DNA of 64,000 nucleotides from Octopus vulgaris (taxonomy: Eukaryota), in the NCBI GenBank assembly GCA_951406725.2, contig OX597821.1, positions 95,542,001-95,606,000 on the forward strand. The letters are read 5' to 3'. The notes under the pieces were generated by a model. It made no database searches. It was not told the DNA's origin and saw nothing but the letters and a program-made list of their open reading frames with translations. This document shows, one piece after another, positions 25,249 through 38,444 of this stretch; positions within the stretch are counted from its first letter, which is position 1, and the number at the start of each line of letters is the position of its first letter. The position numbers were made by a program, and so were the translations under genes.

Positions 25249-25395
25249 CTTAATAATCTGCAGTTGGACGCCCTCATCAGTCTGCGGCCCGTGGAAACAA
25301 ACACATATTGTCTCAACAATACGGTCAATAAGCCTTTTGCCAGGTGTAGAAGACTCTGGAGTATTGCCAGTCAGGTGACCATAGGCAATGAGTTT
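25249..25395 (-). CDS. ARFGEF1: BIG1/BIG2-like coding exon (probable exon 4): [49 protein letters not shown]
   Basis: Acceptor ttcctccaccag|AAA, donor AAG|gtaact, 147 nt, phase 0-0. Very close to BIG1 [10 protein letters not shown]...[14 protein letters not shown]. Confidence 0.95.
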
Positions 25396-26849
25396 CTGGT
25401 GGAGGAAAAACACAGATATACAAAGTTATATAAACATACACAAAATTAAAACACAAATGTTTGCATGTATATATAAGTTACTGTTATACTTGGAGTTGGT
25501 CACATTTTGTCAATTAAACACACTTGCTACATATTTGGTCCTCACTTTACCCTTATCACTATTATTTTAGTTTCTTTGTCAAAGTTCTTTCATCACACAT
25601 CCTGTGATTTCTTCAGCAACTCTCTATCCCTCATGTCTCCTCTTGTTCTGCTTATTCCCAAAATGGAATGAAGACCAAATCTATAGTGCATGTATTTTAT
25701 TGGCAAAATATAACCATCACCAGGTATAACAATATCTATTTCAGCACACGCTTTGAATTTTGCAAAACAAATACATAAATGTATCATCATCATCATGGTT
25801 TAATGTCCGCTTTCCATGCTAGCATGGGTTGGACGATTAGACTGAGCACTGGCGAACCAGATGGCTGCACCAGGCTCCAATCTGATCGAGCAGAGTTTCT
25901 ACAGCTGGATGCTCTTCCTAACGCCAACCACTCCGAGAGTGTAATGGGTGCTTTTACGTGCCACCAGCATGAGGGCCAGTCAGGCAGTACTGGCAATGGC
26001 CATGCTCAAATGGCGGGGCCATCTACCTGAAGGGATTTGTGGTTTGTATATGTAAGTTATATTAGTGATACTTATGGAATAAATTATAGTTGTTGTCTCA
26101 GATCAAATAACAGTAGATCCTATTATAATGAAATGATTTTTGGTGGGAAATGGAGAGCATATCTGAAAGAATGGAGGTTTTTGGTATTAGAAGAATGAAA
26201 GAAAGAGGTCAAGGAGAGCAAGCCTGTTCTTTTTCTCATTGCCATTATTTGTTTGTAAAAAGGAAAGGAAAGAGATTTAATGAAGAAATGAGATGAAAAG
26301 AGACCAGAGAAAGGATAGTAATGATAAGTAGTCAATGGAGAAAAGGAAAAAAAATAGGGATAAAGGAAAGTAGGAGAGAAAGTGGAGGTACAGACTTAGG
26401 ATTATCCTTACAACTCATAGAACTGGAACTTAACCAGGTTTGCATGGTGAATAAGCAAATGAGATTACAAAACTACCTGCTGAACAAAACACCAGTCTGT
26501 CACAGGGTTAGCTTCCCAGCTATTGCTGGAACTCATTAATTTCTGAATGGATTGAGCAACATGTGCTGAAGTGTTTTACACCAGAACACAATGCAGCACT
26601 TGAACCTGGAATCGAAACCGTGATCTTACAGTCATGAGTGCAACACCTTAACCACTAGGCCACACACATTCAGGGACAGAGATGAAAGAAAGAAAATGGA
26701 AAGAAAGTAAAGGGCAATGAAAAAAAAGAAACATGGAAAGAGGGGGAGGGAAATAGAGACCCTAGTAATAAGTAAAGATGACTAGGAGCTAGAGAAGTAT
26801 GTAAACAACGACGTTAGTATGTCGTGTGGAGAGATGGACAGGTTGTTAA

Positions 26850-27301
26850 CCCTTGAGCATTCAAATTATTCTGTCTAATGCAGTGGTTTTCAACCAGGGT
26901 TCCGTGGAACCATAGGGTTTCGCGGAACCATAGGGTTTCGCCAGTACAGTCCAGGGGTTCCGCAAGAAGTTACAAAACTGCTAAAATCGGTAGTAATTTT
27001 TAAGTCTCATGTGCAGATATGTCTGCATAAGACTATTAAATTATTGCACAGGGGTTCCAGTGGAATGTTTCCTTGGGGTTCCGCTCCAGCAAAAAGGTTG
27101 AAAAGCACTGGTCTAATGGTTTTTCATTCACCTTGCTTTTAATTAATTATGCATTATTTTGTAACTTCGAAATTTTGATGATGTGATTGTATATTTTATA
27201 ATGGCATTGAAGGGTGGGTGTGACAGGCTAGATCTGGCTGGTTAGAACATAAAACAAGTAGCATACTTGGACTGGATGTGGCCAGTTAAAATGCTAAACA
27301 G
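26850..27301. mobile_element. piggyBac-like MITE (same family as 44284-44503, opposite orientation)
   Basis: TTAA|CCCTTGAGCATT...AATGCTAAACAG|TTAA. The internal sequence is the reverse complement of 44284-44503. Confidence 0.7.
26881..27110. mobile_element. hAT-type MITE nested in a piggyBac-like MITE
   Basis: TIRs CAGTGGTTTTCAACC/GGTTGAAAAGCACTG. 8-bp TSD GTCTAATG at 26873-26880 and 27111-27118. Confidence 0.88.
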
Positions 27302-27318
27302 TTAAACGATGTACTCAC

Positions 27319-27463
27319 CTGTAAACAGTCCAAAGCAGTGTTGACAATGCGGTTGCATTTTGACTGACATGCAAGTTCAAAGGGCAAGAAATACTTGTCA
27401 GTTTCAACAAATTCGGATGCAGATTTCGGAAGGGGCAAAGCTGAGGAAGCTTTTGTTCCTTGT
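27319..27463 (-). CDS. ARFGEF1: BIG1/BIG2-like Arf-GEF coding exon (probable exon 3, DCB region): [48 protein letters not shown]
   Basis: Acceptor tttgttttccattccag|A, donor CAG|gtgagt, 145 nt. [18 protein letters not shown]...LDCLQ is a recognisable BIG1/BIG2/Sec71 motif. Confidence 0.93.
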
Positions 27464-27961
27464 CTGGAATGGAAAACAAAACAATATTTAAGTAGTTTTC
27501 TTTTGCTAATCACCAAAACTGTTTTTTTTTTTTTTTTTTTGCAAACCTAAAAAATCTCTGCAATATATAACACATTTATGTATCACATTTTACACCAAAT
27601 GTGGATGTGAGGACAAATGATGATGCTCCAAATCTTATCAGTTATTCTTGATACTTTTTCAAGTGTCATTTCTGTCAGCATTCTCACTCAGTTTTTAAAA
27701 AAATGTGAAAATGTTTTTATACATTACAGAGATGGGTTTATATATATTTATGTAAATATATATATATGTATATAAAACCATCATTATTTTACACCCACTT
27801 TTCTGTGCTTGCATGAGTCAGATGGAATTTGTTGAGGCAAACTTTCTATGGCTGGATGCCCTTCTTGTTACCAACGCTCACCTTTTTCAAAGATATTTCC
27901 CCATGGCCAGACATATTTCTCATGGAAGACTGGAAAGGAACTTCTATGTCAAGACAAGGAT

Positions 27962-28053
<92 letters not shown>

Positions 28054-28087
28054 CTGTCAAGACAAGGGTAAACACACACATGCAAAC

Positions 28088-28118
<31 letters not shown>

Positions 28119-29544
28119 CACACACACAGACACAATGAGCATCTTTTGGTATCCAGCTATGATATTCACTCACAAGGCTTTCTTTGATCCAGGGCTACAA
28201 TAGAAGACACTTGCCCAAGGTGTGTTGTGCTGTAGAATTGATCCCACAGTGGAGATTATCTATATATATATCTTTGACTTCCAAAGGATACTAAAAAATA
28301 TTTATATCAGAAAACATCAGATACATTCCACCATCACACTCAACATAATGGAGACTAAAACGGTATCAATTCTATACAACTATCTACAATATTCACAGAA
28401 CAAATAGATGTAGTCTAAAAAGCAAAATAACACAAACCTAACTAAAGCATTCACAATTACCACATTGAGTCAACAGAAAGAAACAAGCAACATTAGTGTG
28501 CAAACAACATAGATACAGCATAGATTTGTCTTGAGCCACAATCTTTCCAATAACAAATGAAAAGAAAACAAAACCACAAATGCTGCATTTCTACAGATCA
28601 TCTGCACAATGAAATGAAATGCACAAAATATAAAGCTATACAGATGTGTTAGGAGCTTTATTCATTATTACTGCAAGATCAAACCTATACAGCGCCTGCC
28701 ACTACATGCACAATGACTCTCAAGTCTCAGGCATCAATAATAAGCCAATGAGAGAACCTCTATGTGGTCATTTCAACTACTAGGAATAGCAGCAAAATTC
28801 CCTCAATTGCTGACTATTGTCTTAAAAAAAAAAACCAAATACATTGATATGACACAGTCCTGGATATGCAAAGAAAACAGGATGGTCACCAATAGAATAC
28901 TTTTGACAATAAATCTTCTTCAAGGCTGACCTGAGTCTAAACAATAATACAGCACCCATCCTAAGAAAACTACACTGCTTAGTCCAAACATAGCTACAAC
29001 TCCTCCAAAAACACCTTAGGACACAATTCCACCATCTTAGTCAAGGCACCAAAAAATAACAGTTATCTCATTAACCTGCATGCTGCACTTGGATGTATGT
29101 CACCAGAGATATGTGCAGAACCATGACAGTTGTCACACTCAGATTGAATTTATCAAACCTCCCTTTACCAAAACCTTCAGATGTGAACAAACTGATTGGC
29201 CTGTTCACATGCTCAACAAAGCAATTACTTTTACTGGTTTCAATCAGAGGCTGTGGCCATGCTGGAGCATTGTTTTGAAGGAACAGGTGGGTGTGATTGC
29301 ACCAGTGGTTGCAAATTTGTACATGAAGAGTTCAATATTAAACACAAACTAACTATACAGCTAAGATTACACTCATTGTTCATTTGTCCAAGACATTTAA
29401 TCAAGTATTGATGGTTATACAAGAACTTTCTTCCATTACGACCCAAGCATGAGTCTTCCAGCTGATGTTGAGCTTGTAAGAAACTGAACACTATGATTTC
29501 TTAAATGACTAGGATGTTGCTTAAAGAGTCAGTATTTAATCTCC

Positions 29545-29943
29545 CAACAACAATGTTGTCCTTCGCATTGGCTCAAGACAACTAAGTGAGCTAGTCAGTC
29601 TAACTGTAAATGGTAATGGGTAAATACACACTTCGGTCATGAATGACAATGGATTTGCACATAGAAAGCTCCCCTCCAAGGCACAAATCCAGGCAAGGTT
29701 GCTTAAGGAAGACCAGCAGATGCCTATGCAAACCAGCCCCCCCACTCCACACCACTGATGTTATCCAAGGCCGATACAGCTTGGCACCAGTGATGTCACA
29801 ACTCATTTCTACAACTGAGTGAGCTGGAGCAACATGAAATGAAGTGCCTTGCTCAAGAACACAACACACAGCCCAGTCCAGGAATTGAACTCACCACTTC
29901 ATGATTGTGAGCCAGACACTAACTGCTGAGCCATGTGCCTTCA
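29545..29943 (-). mobile_element. tRNA-derived CORE-like SINE
   Basis: Head TGAAGGCACATGGCTCAG...GAGTTCAATTCC, then GTGTTCTTGAGCAAGGCACTTCATTT..GCTCCAGCTCACTCAG. Confidence 0.65.
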
Positions 29944-31488
29944 TAATTGTAAATACTTCAATCCAATTTTAAATACTTGTTCCTTTATAATTTCTTTTTT
30001 CTTTTTTTTTTTTTGCTAGTTTCAGTTATAAAAATCACAATGGCTTCTTGACGGCTTGCAACCAATTCTTTGTCTTTGTTACAAACCTGCAACCACAATT
30101 GTTCTGTTCTCTGTTTTATCTGTTCATACATCATTAATATGCTGTAATTTTGTGGTTGAGATAAATCATTTATATTGAAATTGAATATAATCCTTGATGT
30201 ACAAAATGATGGGATGGTCATGGTTGAAATGCCATTAATTATAATCCTGCTCACTCAGCGTTGACTCGTAAACAAGTACAATGATGAAGCACAATTTCTA
30301 CAGCTATGTAGACTGCACTATACAAATGTAAATTCCATGATAATTGTATAAAAAAAAATACAGACCATCAAACTAAAAATAGGTACCATAAGGAGGTACA
30401 GTCAACCAAACTGAAATGCAGGAGATATACATACATATATTACTCTTTTACACTTTTACTTGTTTCAGTCATTTGACTGCGGCCATGCTGGAGCACCACC
30501 TTTAATCGAGCAACTCGACCCCAGGACTTAGTCTTTGTAAGCCCAGTACTTATTCTATCGGTCTCTTTACCGAACCGCTAAGTGACGGGGACATAAACAC
30601 ACCAGCATCGGCTGTCAAGCGATGTTGGGGGGACAAACACAGACATACAAACTCACACACATATATACATATATACGACGGGCTTCTTTCAGTTTCCGTC
30701 TACCAAATCCACTCACAAGGCTTTGGTCGGCCCGAGGCTATAGTAGAAGACACATGCCCAAGGTGCCATGCAGTGGGACTGAACCCGGGACCATGTGGTT
30801 GGTAAACAAGCTACCAACCACACAGCCATGTATGATTATCATCATCCCTTAATACCCAGTTTCCATGTTGGTATGGGTTGGACAATTCGATAGAATCCGA
30901 TAAACTGCAAGACTGTGCCAAACTCCAGTTAGCTTTGGAGTGATTTCTACAACTGGATGCTCTTCCTAGTGCCAACCACTTTAAAGAGTGTACTGGGTAC
31001 TTTTTTCCCCCGTGAGGACACCAAGTAACTTAGAAGACAACAAAACAAAAGGAAGACCCCCCCCCACCTTGACTAAATGGGGGAGAAGGGTATTTGAGAG
31101 AGGAGGCATTGAGTTTATGCCAGATGTTAAAAGGCTTAAACTACGATAGAGAGACAAATACAGATGCCTTCCTAGAGAGGTACATGGTTAGCCTGCATTA
31201 TAGAAGGGTAGGTGGGAGTAACTGAGAAGGTAAAGAAAGCGTGACGAGGTGCCAGTGAAAACTCTCAAGGTATAAACACAAAGGTGAGTGTAAGAGAGAA
31301 TATGGACAGTGGATATAAGGAGGGTGGGGGATAATTTCGTAAGAGAGAGTAGAGAAACAAATGGTTATAGATGGAGGTGGGGGTAGAGGTGAATGCAGTG
31401 AGTGATTAACAAGGGTGGAGGCATATAACAATCAGTACACACACACACACACACACATAAAAAGCATGCATTAGAGATGGAGAGAACT

Positions 31489-31667
31489 AGAGAGAGTGTA
31501 TGAGAGAGATAGTGTGAGTGAACGAAAGAGAGAGAGAGAGAGATAGTGTGAGTGAACGAGAGAGAGAGAGAGAGAGAGTGTGAGTGAACGAGAGAGAGAG
31601 AGAGAGATAGTGTGAGTGAATGAGAGAGAGATAGTGTGAGTGAACAAGAGAGAGAGAGAGAGAGAGA
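31489..31667. repeat. Compound minisatellite, (GA)n + TAGTGTGAGTGAAC, about 5 units
   Basis: GTGTGAGTGAA recurs, separated by variable (GA)n. Confidence 0.9.
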
Positions 31668-32874
31668 TCTACAACAAGAGTAAAATGAGTGGTGTTGATG
31701 ATGATAGTAATGTTAGTGATTGAGGTTGTGGTGGTGACTGTGGTGGTAATAGTTATTTATTTATAAACAGATTAATAAAGGAAAAAAGAATGTCAACTGT
31801 TGAGTAATTTCTTTATTTTATTTTATTTGTTTTCATTTATGTGTCTAAACCATCATCATCATCATCATCATATAGCTAGCAGCTAGCTATACATCTGTCC
31901 AAGCGGCTTCCTTCTCTCTCGTATCATTCTGTGGGCATGGCAACTGCTGCCAAGGTGGAGACAAATCAGCATTGACAGGTGGAGGATGATGGATAACAGT
32001 GGCGAGAAAGAGGAGAGAGAGAAAACATGAGGGGTTTTCATATTGTCATTGTGTTTGTTTGTTATATCTGGTATACATGGAAACCAACTCTGAAGAGGGT
32101 AAAGGGAAAGGAAAAAAAAGACGATGATGGTAATGGTGATGAAGGTGGTGGTGGTGATGTTGGTGATGACAGTGATGGAAATGGCAGTACTGTTGATGAA
32201 AATAGAAGTTATGGGAATGGTGGTGGTGGTAATGGGAACGATGATGATGATGACAGTCATGATGCTAATGGTGATGATAATGTCAGTGATGACGATGATG
32301 ATATTGGGATAAAGAGATACAAAGATTTTTTTTTGTACCACAAGCAAAACAGTACTACATTTTGTCTGACAATTCAATTCATGTTACAACACGAAAAAAA
32401 TTATTAACTAGGCTAGCAAGCAAGAAGTTCTCAATTCAGGGCAACAACAATAACAACCAAAACCACACAAAATATTACGACAGAACCCATCAAAAATAAT
32501 AACATCAACAAAAGAGAATTCTTCCCAAGAATCCATATGATTTCTAAGAAAGGCACAGGGCCACACATACTGGAGTGGGAGGAGGGGGTGGAATCAGTTA
32601 TTTCAACCTATCTCTCCCTATTTAACTGGTACTTTCACTTTATGACTCCCCCATCGCACTACAAATGATGAGAGGTGAAGTCGACCTTGACAGAACTGAA
32701 CTTGGGAGCATAATTAAGCAGAGAAGTATTTTGTTTGTTGTTATGAAGAATTGAAGGCCTGTCATACACAACACAGCCAATGTAGTTCACTAAAGTCAGA
32801 AATTATCAGAGGGATGTAGACAAAAAATAGCCAAGTGCAACAAAAATTAAAAATTATCATCATTGATGATGATT

Positions 32875-33277
32875 GGCGCAGGAGTGGCTGTGTGGTAAGT
32901 AGCTTGTTTACCAACCACATGGTTCCGGGTTCAGTCCCACTATGTGGCACCTTGGGCAAGTGTCTTCTACTATAGCCTCGGGCCGACCAAAGCCCTGTGA
33001 GTGGATTTGGTAGACGGAAACTGAAAGAAGCCCGTCGTATATATGTATATATATATATATATGAGTGTATGTGTGTCTGTGTTTGTCCCCCTAGCATTGC
33101 TTGACAACCGATGCTGGTGTGTTTATGTCCCCGTTACTTAGCGGTTCGGCAACAGAGACCGATAGAATAAGTACTGGGCTTACAAAAGAATAAGTCCCGG
33201 GATCGAATTGCTCGATTAAAGGCGGTGCTCCAGCATGGCCGCAGTCAAATAACTGAAACAAGTAAAAGAGTAAAGAG
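32875..33277 (+). mobile_element. tRNA-derived SINE family A, representative copy (others at about 1848-2412-, 4240-4682-, 13937-14320+, 21891-22185+, 30443-30828-, 48763-49268-, 49678-50072+, 56469-56858+, 56915-57297+, 59194-59620+, 59629-59965+, 62608-62970+)
   Basis: A box TGGCTGTGTGG, B box GGTTCAGTCCC, CORE-like CCTTGGGCAAGT, central (TA)n(TG)n and (GAGTAAAA)n-like tail. Many near-identical dispersed copies. Confidence 0.88.
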
Positions 33278-34020
33278 TATTGAGCATCCACTTTTCCATG
33301 TTTGCCTGGGTTGGATGGAGTTTGAGGCAGATTTTCTATGATTGGATGCCCTTCATATCCCCAACCATCTTGTTTCCAAGCAAAGTGAGACTTCCTCACT
33401 GATATGTTCATGTAGAATATTGGAGATGAATGACACTGCTTGTATGACTGAGACACTTGTTAACAACTGTCGATGTTAAGATACATACGAGGGGGTACTG
33501 AAAAGTTCCTGGCTTTAAGGGTATTGCAAAAATCTGATGTAGGCTTCTGCTTGGCCAGCTCCTGTCAAACTGTTCCACCCATGCCAGCTTGGAAGGCAGA
33601 CATTAAACAATGATGATGATTGGAGAAAGTACTTAGCAGCATTTCTTACAGCTCTTTAACTTCTGAATTCAAATTTTCTTCCAAGGTCAACTGCACCTTT
33701 CGTCTTTTCAGGTTAAGTAAAATAAATACAGTAATACCTCACTTTACAAGGACTTACTTTACGAGTTTTATTTTTCAAGCACAAGATCCAAATTTTGAAT
33801 GAAGAGCAAAAGTTTCTACTACCATAACAAATGCTTTTGCATGTTACTGACAAATTTATAGAGTGAAAAAAACTTCTAAGCAAACAACTCTGGACTTGTT
33901 TTTTTAAAAAGAAATCAACAAGTCCACCTATGAGTGCTTGTGAATCAGCGATTGCGTCTACAAGTGAAGGTGTGCACAAGTCTAGTGTGAGTGAAAATGA
34001 TTCAGAAAACAATAATAATA

Positions 34021-35355
34021 ATCATCATCATCATCATTTAATGTCCGTTTTACATGCTGGTATGGGTTGGACGATTTGACTGGGGACTGGCGAACCAAAT
34101 GGCTGCACCAGGCTCCAATCTGATCTGGCAGAGTTTCTACAGCTTCACCACCTCATCTCAGGTCTTCTTGGGTCTACCTCTTCCACAGGTTCCCTCAACC
34201 GCTAGGATGTGGCACTTTTTCACACAGCTATCCTCATCCATTCTCGCCACATGACCATACCAGCACTCTCTTGCACACCACATCTGTTGCTTCTTAGGTC
34301 CAACTTTTCTCTCAAGGTACTTACACTCTGTTGAGTATGCAGACTAACATTACACATCCAGTGGAGCATACTGACTTCATTCCTTGCAAACTTACGCATG
34401 TCCTCAGCAGTCATGGCCCATGTTTCACTGCCATGTAGCATGGCTGTTCGTACACGTGTCATACAGTCTATCTTTTACTCTGCGTGAGAGGCCCTTTGTT
34501 ACCAGCAGAGGTAAGAGCTCTCTGAACTTTGCCCAGGCCATTCTTATTCTAGCAGCTACATTTTCAGTGCACCCACCCCCGCTACTGACTTGGTCACCTA
34601 GGTAATGGAAGCTATCAACTACTCTGCACATTTTCAGTGTTTATTGCCCCTGAGCATCTGTCATATACAAAAACTAACTTCCCAATAAGCCTTCCTTTTT
34701 ATATTGCTCCACCTCTTAATATGTCTATAGCTTATACTGAGTAAATCTTATAGAGTTTCTACCTACGCTTTTTCTACAGATAGAGCAGGGCCATCTACCT
34801 GAAGAGATTTGTGGTTTGTCTGCCTTCCTACTTATTAGGACTTTGGTTTTAGCTAGGTTGACTCTAAGGCTCTTTGATTCTAATCCTTGCTTCCACACCT
34901 GAAACTTCTCTTGTTCTGATAGTGACTCAGCAATTAGAGCAAGGTCGTCAGCATAGAGGAGCTTCCAGGGGCATCCTGTCTTGAATTCCTCTGTTATTGC
35001 CTGAAGGACTATGATAAATAGGAGGGCACTGAGGACTGAACCTTGGTGGACCCCTACCGTTACCTGGAATTCTTCACTGTACTTGTTGCCAACCCCCACC
35101 TTACTGACAGCATCCCTGTACATGGCTTGCACAGCTCTTACTAACCATTCATCTTCATCTATCCCTGGTTTCCTAATTGACCACCAGATAAGGGATCGAG
35201 GGACCCCATCAAAAGCTTTCTCCATGTCAATGAAAGCCAGGTACAGAGGTTTACCTTTGGCTAGGTATTTCTCTTGCAGCTGTCTAACCAGAAATATAGC
35301 ACCAGTGGTGCTTTTCCCTGGTACGAACCAAAACTGCATCTCATCTAAACTGATT
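34021..35355 (-). mobile_element. RTE-clade LINE, 5'-truncated, degenerate reverse transcriptase, internally deleted 3' UTR, (GAT)n tail
   Basis: RT motifs QFxFVPGKSTTxAIF, AFIDMEKAFD, GVHQGSVLS and LLYADDL (ORF 34725-35339). Downstream are FHYLGD, MLHGSETW and GRGRPKKT, joined to the common 3' end. Confidence 0.93.
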
Positions 35356-35615
35356 CTCAGTCATTGGGAATAATATTTTTTATTATAAATGATCTTGACA
35401 TTCTTTTTACTTTACATAAAATATTCTTTACCATTCTACTGTCGTCCTACTGCCACTTATTTAAGGTATTATAAATTTTATAGGTAAAATATTTTTCCGC
35501 CAACGAATTATGATTTATAACATTGCTACTATGGGAAATTATTGCTCTGCTTCACAAGTTTTCAATTTACAAGTGGTCTCCAGGAACAAATCAACTTGTA
35601 TATCAAGGCATTACT

Positions 35616-36420
35616 GTACCAGTTGAACACTAGGGGTCAATGTAATTGACTAATTCCTCCCACTAAAATTGCTGGCCTCGTGTTAAAATTTAAAACCATT
35701 ATTATTATTATCATCATCATCGTCATTTAGGTGGTGAGGTGGCACAATTGTTAGCACATCGGATGAAATGCTTAGTGGTATTTCGTCCCTCTTTGTGTTC
35801 TGAGTTCAAATTCCACTGAGGTGAACTTTGGCTTTAATCCTTTTGGGGTCGATGAAATAAGTACCAGTTGAGCACTGAGGTCAATGTGATCGACTTAACC
35901 CTCCCAACAAAATTTCAGGCCTTGTGCCTTTAGTAGAAAGGATTATTATAATTGGTAAGGCAGTGAGCTGGCAGAATTGTTAGCATGCCAGGCTTAATGC
36001 TTAGTAGTATTTCATCTGTGTTTGCGTTTTGAGTTCAAATTCTGTCACGGTCGACTTTACCTTTCATCCTTTTGAGGGTCAATAAAATAAGTACCAGCCA
36101 AATACAGGGATCGATGCACTTAACTTACCTATCCCCCCAAATTGCTGGCCTTGTGCCAAAATTTGAAACCATTGTAATTTATTGGTAAAGTAGCAAGCTG
36201 GTAGAATCATTAGTACACCAGACTGGACAAAATGCTTAGCAACATTTCCAACTTAGGTTCTGAGTTCAAATTCTGCCAAGATCAACTTCACCTTTCATTC
36301 TTTTGGGATCAAAAAAATAAAGTAGCAACCTAGTACTTGGATTGGTGTCACCGACAAGCCCTCTCCCTACAAAATTTCAGGCTTTGTGCTTAAATAGTAG
36401 AAAGAATTATTATTATTATT
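35616..36420 (+). mobile_element. Head-to-tail array of about 4 tRNA-derived SINE family B copies (others at about 12250-12357-, 18290-18950-, 20100-20336-, 20965-21383-, 24042-24278-, 46766-46982-)
   Basis: Heads GG.GGTGAGCTGGCAGAAT.GTTAGC...GAGTTCAAATTC, central CCTTTCATCCTTT.GGGGTCGAT.AAATAAGTACCAG (Meta-domain-like), (ATT)n tails. Confidence 0.8.
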
Positions 36421-38011
36421 ACTGGCTGTAGTAGCAGTAGTAAGTAGATCACTGTTCTACACAACCCACACTGCAGAAGATTCCAGCTGACTACAAGATT
36501 AATTAGTTCAAACCTATAAATAACACAACCCACTAGGCGTGTCAATGAGTAAATGAGGCTACACTCATTACTTTAATTTACCTTACTAAGCATAGATGTT
36601 GCTTTCAGTTAAAGCTGAAAGTGCTTAGCAGCAGGAAAGACATTCAAGTACAAAGGAAATGAAAAGAACTTTTAATATGAAAGAAACAAGATAGCATGGA
36701 AGAAACTGTATGTAGCCAGTATGGACACTCATACATATATATATAGCACGGACACTCACACATCATCATCATTTAGCGTCCGCTTTCCATGCTAGCATGG
36801 GTTGGACGGTTCAACTGGGGTCTGGGAAGCCAGAAGGCTGCACCAAGCCCAGTCTGATCTGGCAATGTTTCTATGGCTGGATGCCCTTCCTAACACCAAC
36901 CACTCCGTGAGTGTAGTAGGTGCTTTTTACGTGCCACCGGCATGGGGGCCAGGCGAGGCTGGCAACGGCCACGTTCGGATGGTGCTTTTTATGTGCCACG
37001 GGCACAGAGGCCAGTCGGGGTGGCGCTGGCAACGGCCACGGTCGGCAACATACACAAATATATATATATATATCATGATCATTATTGTCCATATTCCAAG
37101 CTGGTATGATTTAGACAGTTTGACAGGCTCCAGCATTAATGAGGTTGCCAAATAACTCACAAGACAAAGAAAAGACCCCTTGACTAAGTGGGGTAGTAGC
37201 AGAGAGGGAGGTGGCTTTATGCCAGTCACTGAGAGGCTAAAATGACAGAGGGATAGGCAAAGGCAGCTTACTATGGAGGAGATACATGACTACCCAATAT
37301 TATACAAGGGTCAGTGAGAGTAGATGGAAAGAAGATAATAATGGAAGTGACAAGGTATCAGCAATATACTTTCAAGATACAAGTGAGTTTAAGGGAGAAT
37401 GCAGATAATGAACCAGGAAGAGTGGATTGATGAATTCATTAGAAAACGAGAGAGTGACAGATGGTGAAAGATGGATGCGAATGTGAATGAATGGAGGTGT
37501 GGCAGATGTTAAATATCAGTATGGTGGCTGAAAGAATAGAAGTGGTTCAGGAAGGAGGAAATGATAAGAGGTTAAAAATGAAAGGAGGAGAGCAATAGAT
37601 TAGGAAGTGTGGTGGTTGGGAGGAGGGGGAGAAAGATGTACAGTGACAGAAATGGATGTCAGAAGTATACAGGGGTGGCTATAATGAGTGGGAGAGAGAA
37701 AGGTGGGAGAAAGGCAATCAAGGGCAGCTATGCCAAGGTGATGAGAATCGTAGCATATAAGAGATGGAGTTAAAAGTAAGGTAACGACAGTTCTCAGATG
37801 TATCTCAGGGAGGCACAAGAAGTAATCAGTGGAAAATATAGTGGGAAGGGATGATATTGAGAATGAGGAATAGATTCTAAAAGTGGTTCCAGCGAGAGAA
37901 GGGGGTAACTAGTAGCACAAAAGGGGGGTTGAAATATGTGCATATTCTGCTCTACAAATGTATAACCATAAACATGCACATATAGAAACACACAAATATA
38001 TACACATATAA

Positions 38012-38068
<57 letters not shown>

Positions 38069-38444
38069 GTTATGAAAGGTAATGGTGTCAGTAAGACCCA
38101 AAGGCGTCAGATAATGCTGAGTAAGTGCTTTGGATAGACCATAGTTAAGCTCCAGGTTCGGTGATTATGCAAATAAGGAGTCCAACGTAGATCATATATC
38201 AGCATGTGTATATACAAAAAATCAAGGCTGTGAAGATTTTTGAACATTTATAAATAGGTCTTACAGCTGTTTTCAGGATATTTTTTATATCCCTTCATCG
38301 GAGACAGTGTGAGAAAATGGTTAAGCAATAGTTAATTTAGATAAGATATGAAATAGAGAGTGAAGTGGAGGAATGAAAATAGATGAGAGATATGCAGGGA
38401 TATTGCATTTGCAGATCCATTATTTAGGCAGTATGGTATACATA

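Noticed and set aside
31883-32407. 164-aa, 126-aa and 62-aa ORFs; one looks like a signal peptide followed by a D/G-rich tail
   Set aside because: They are built on (GAT/GGT)n low-complexity sequence, with no recognisable domain and no splice sites compatible with the host gene.
33486-33520. TACGAGGGGGTACTGAAAAGTTCC, a mariner-like terminal sequence
   Set aside because: An isolated ~35-bp fragment with no partner TIR or coding sequence.
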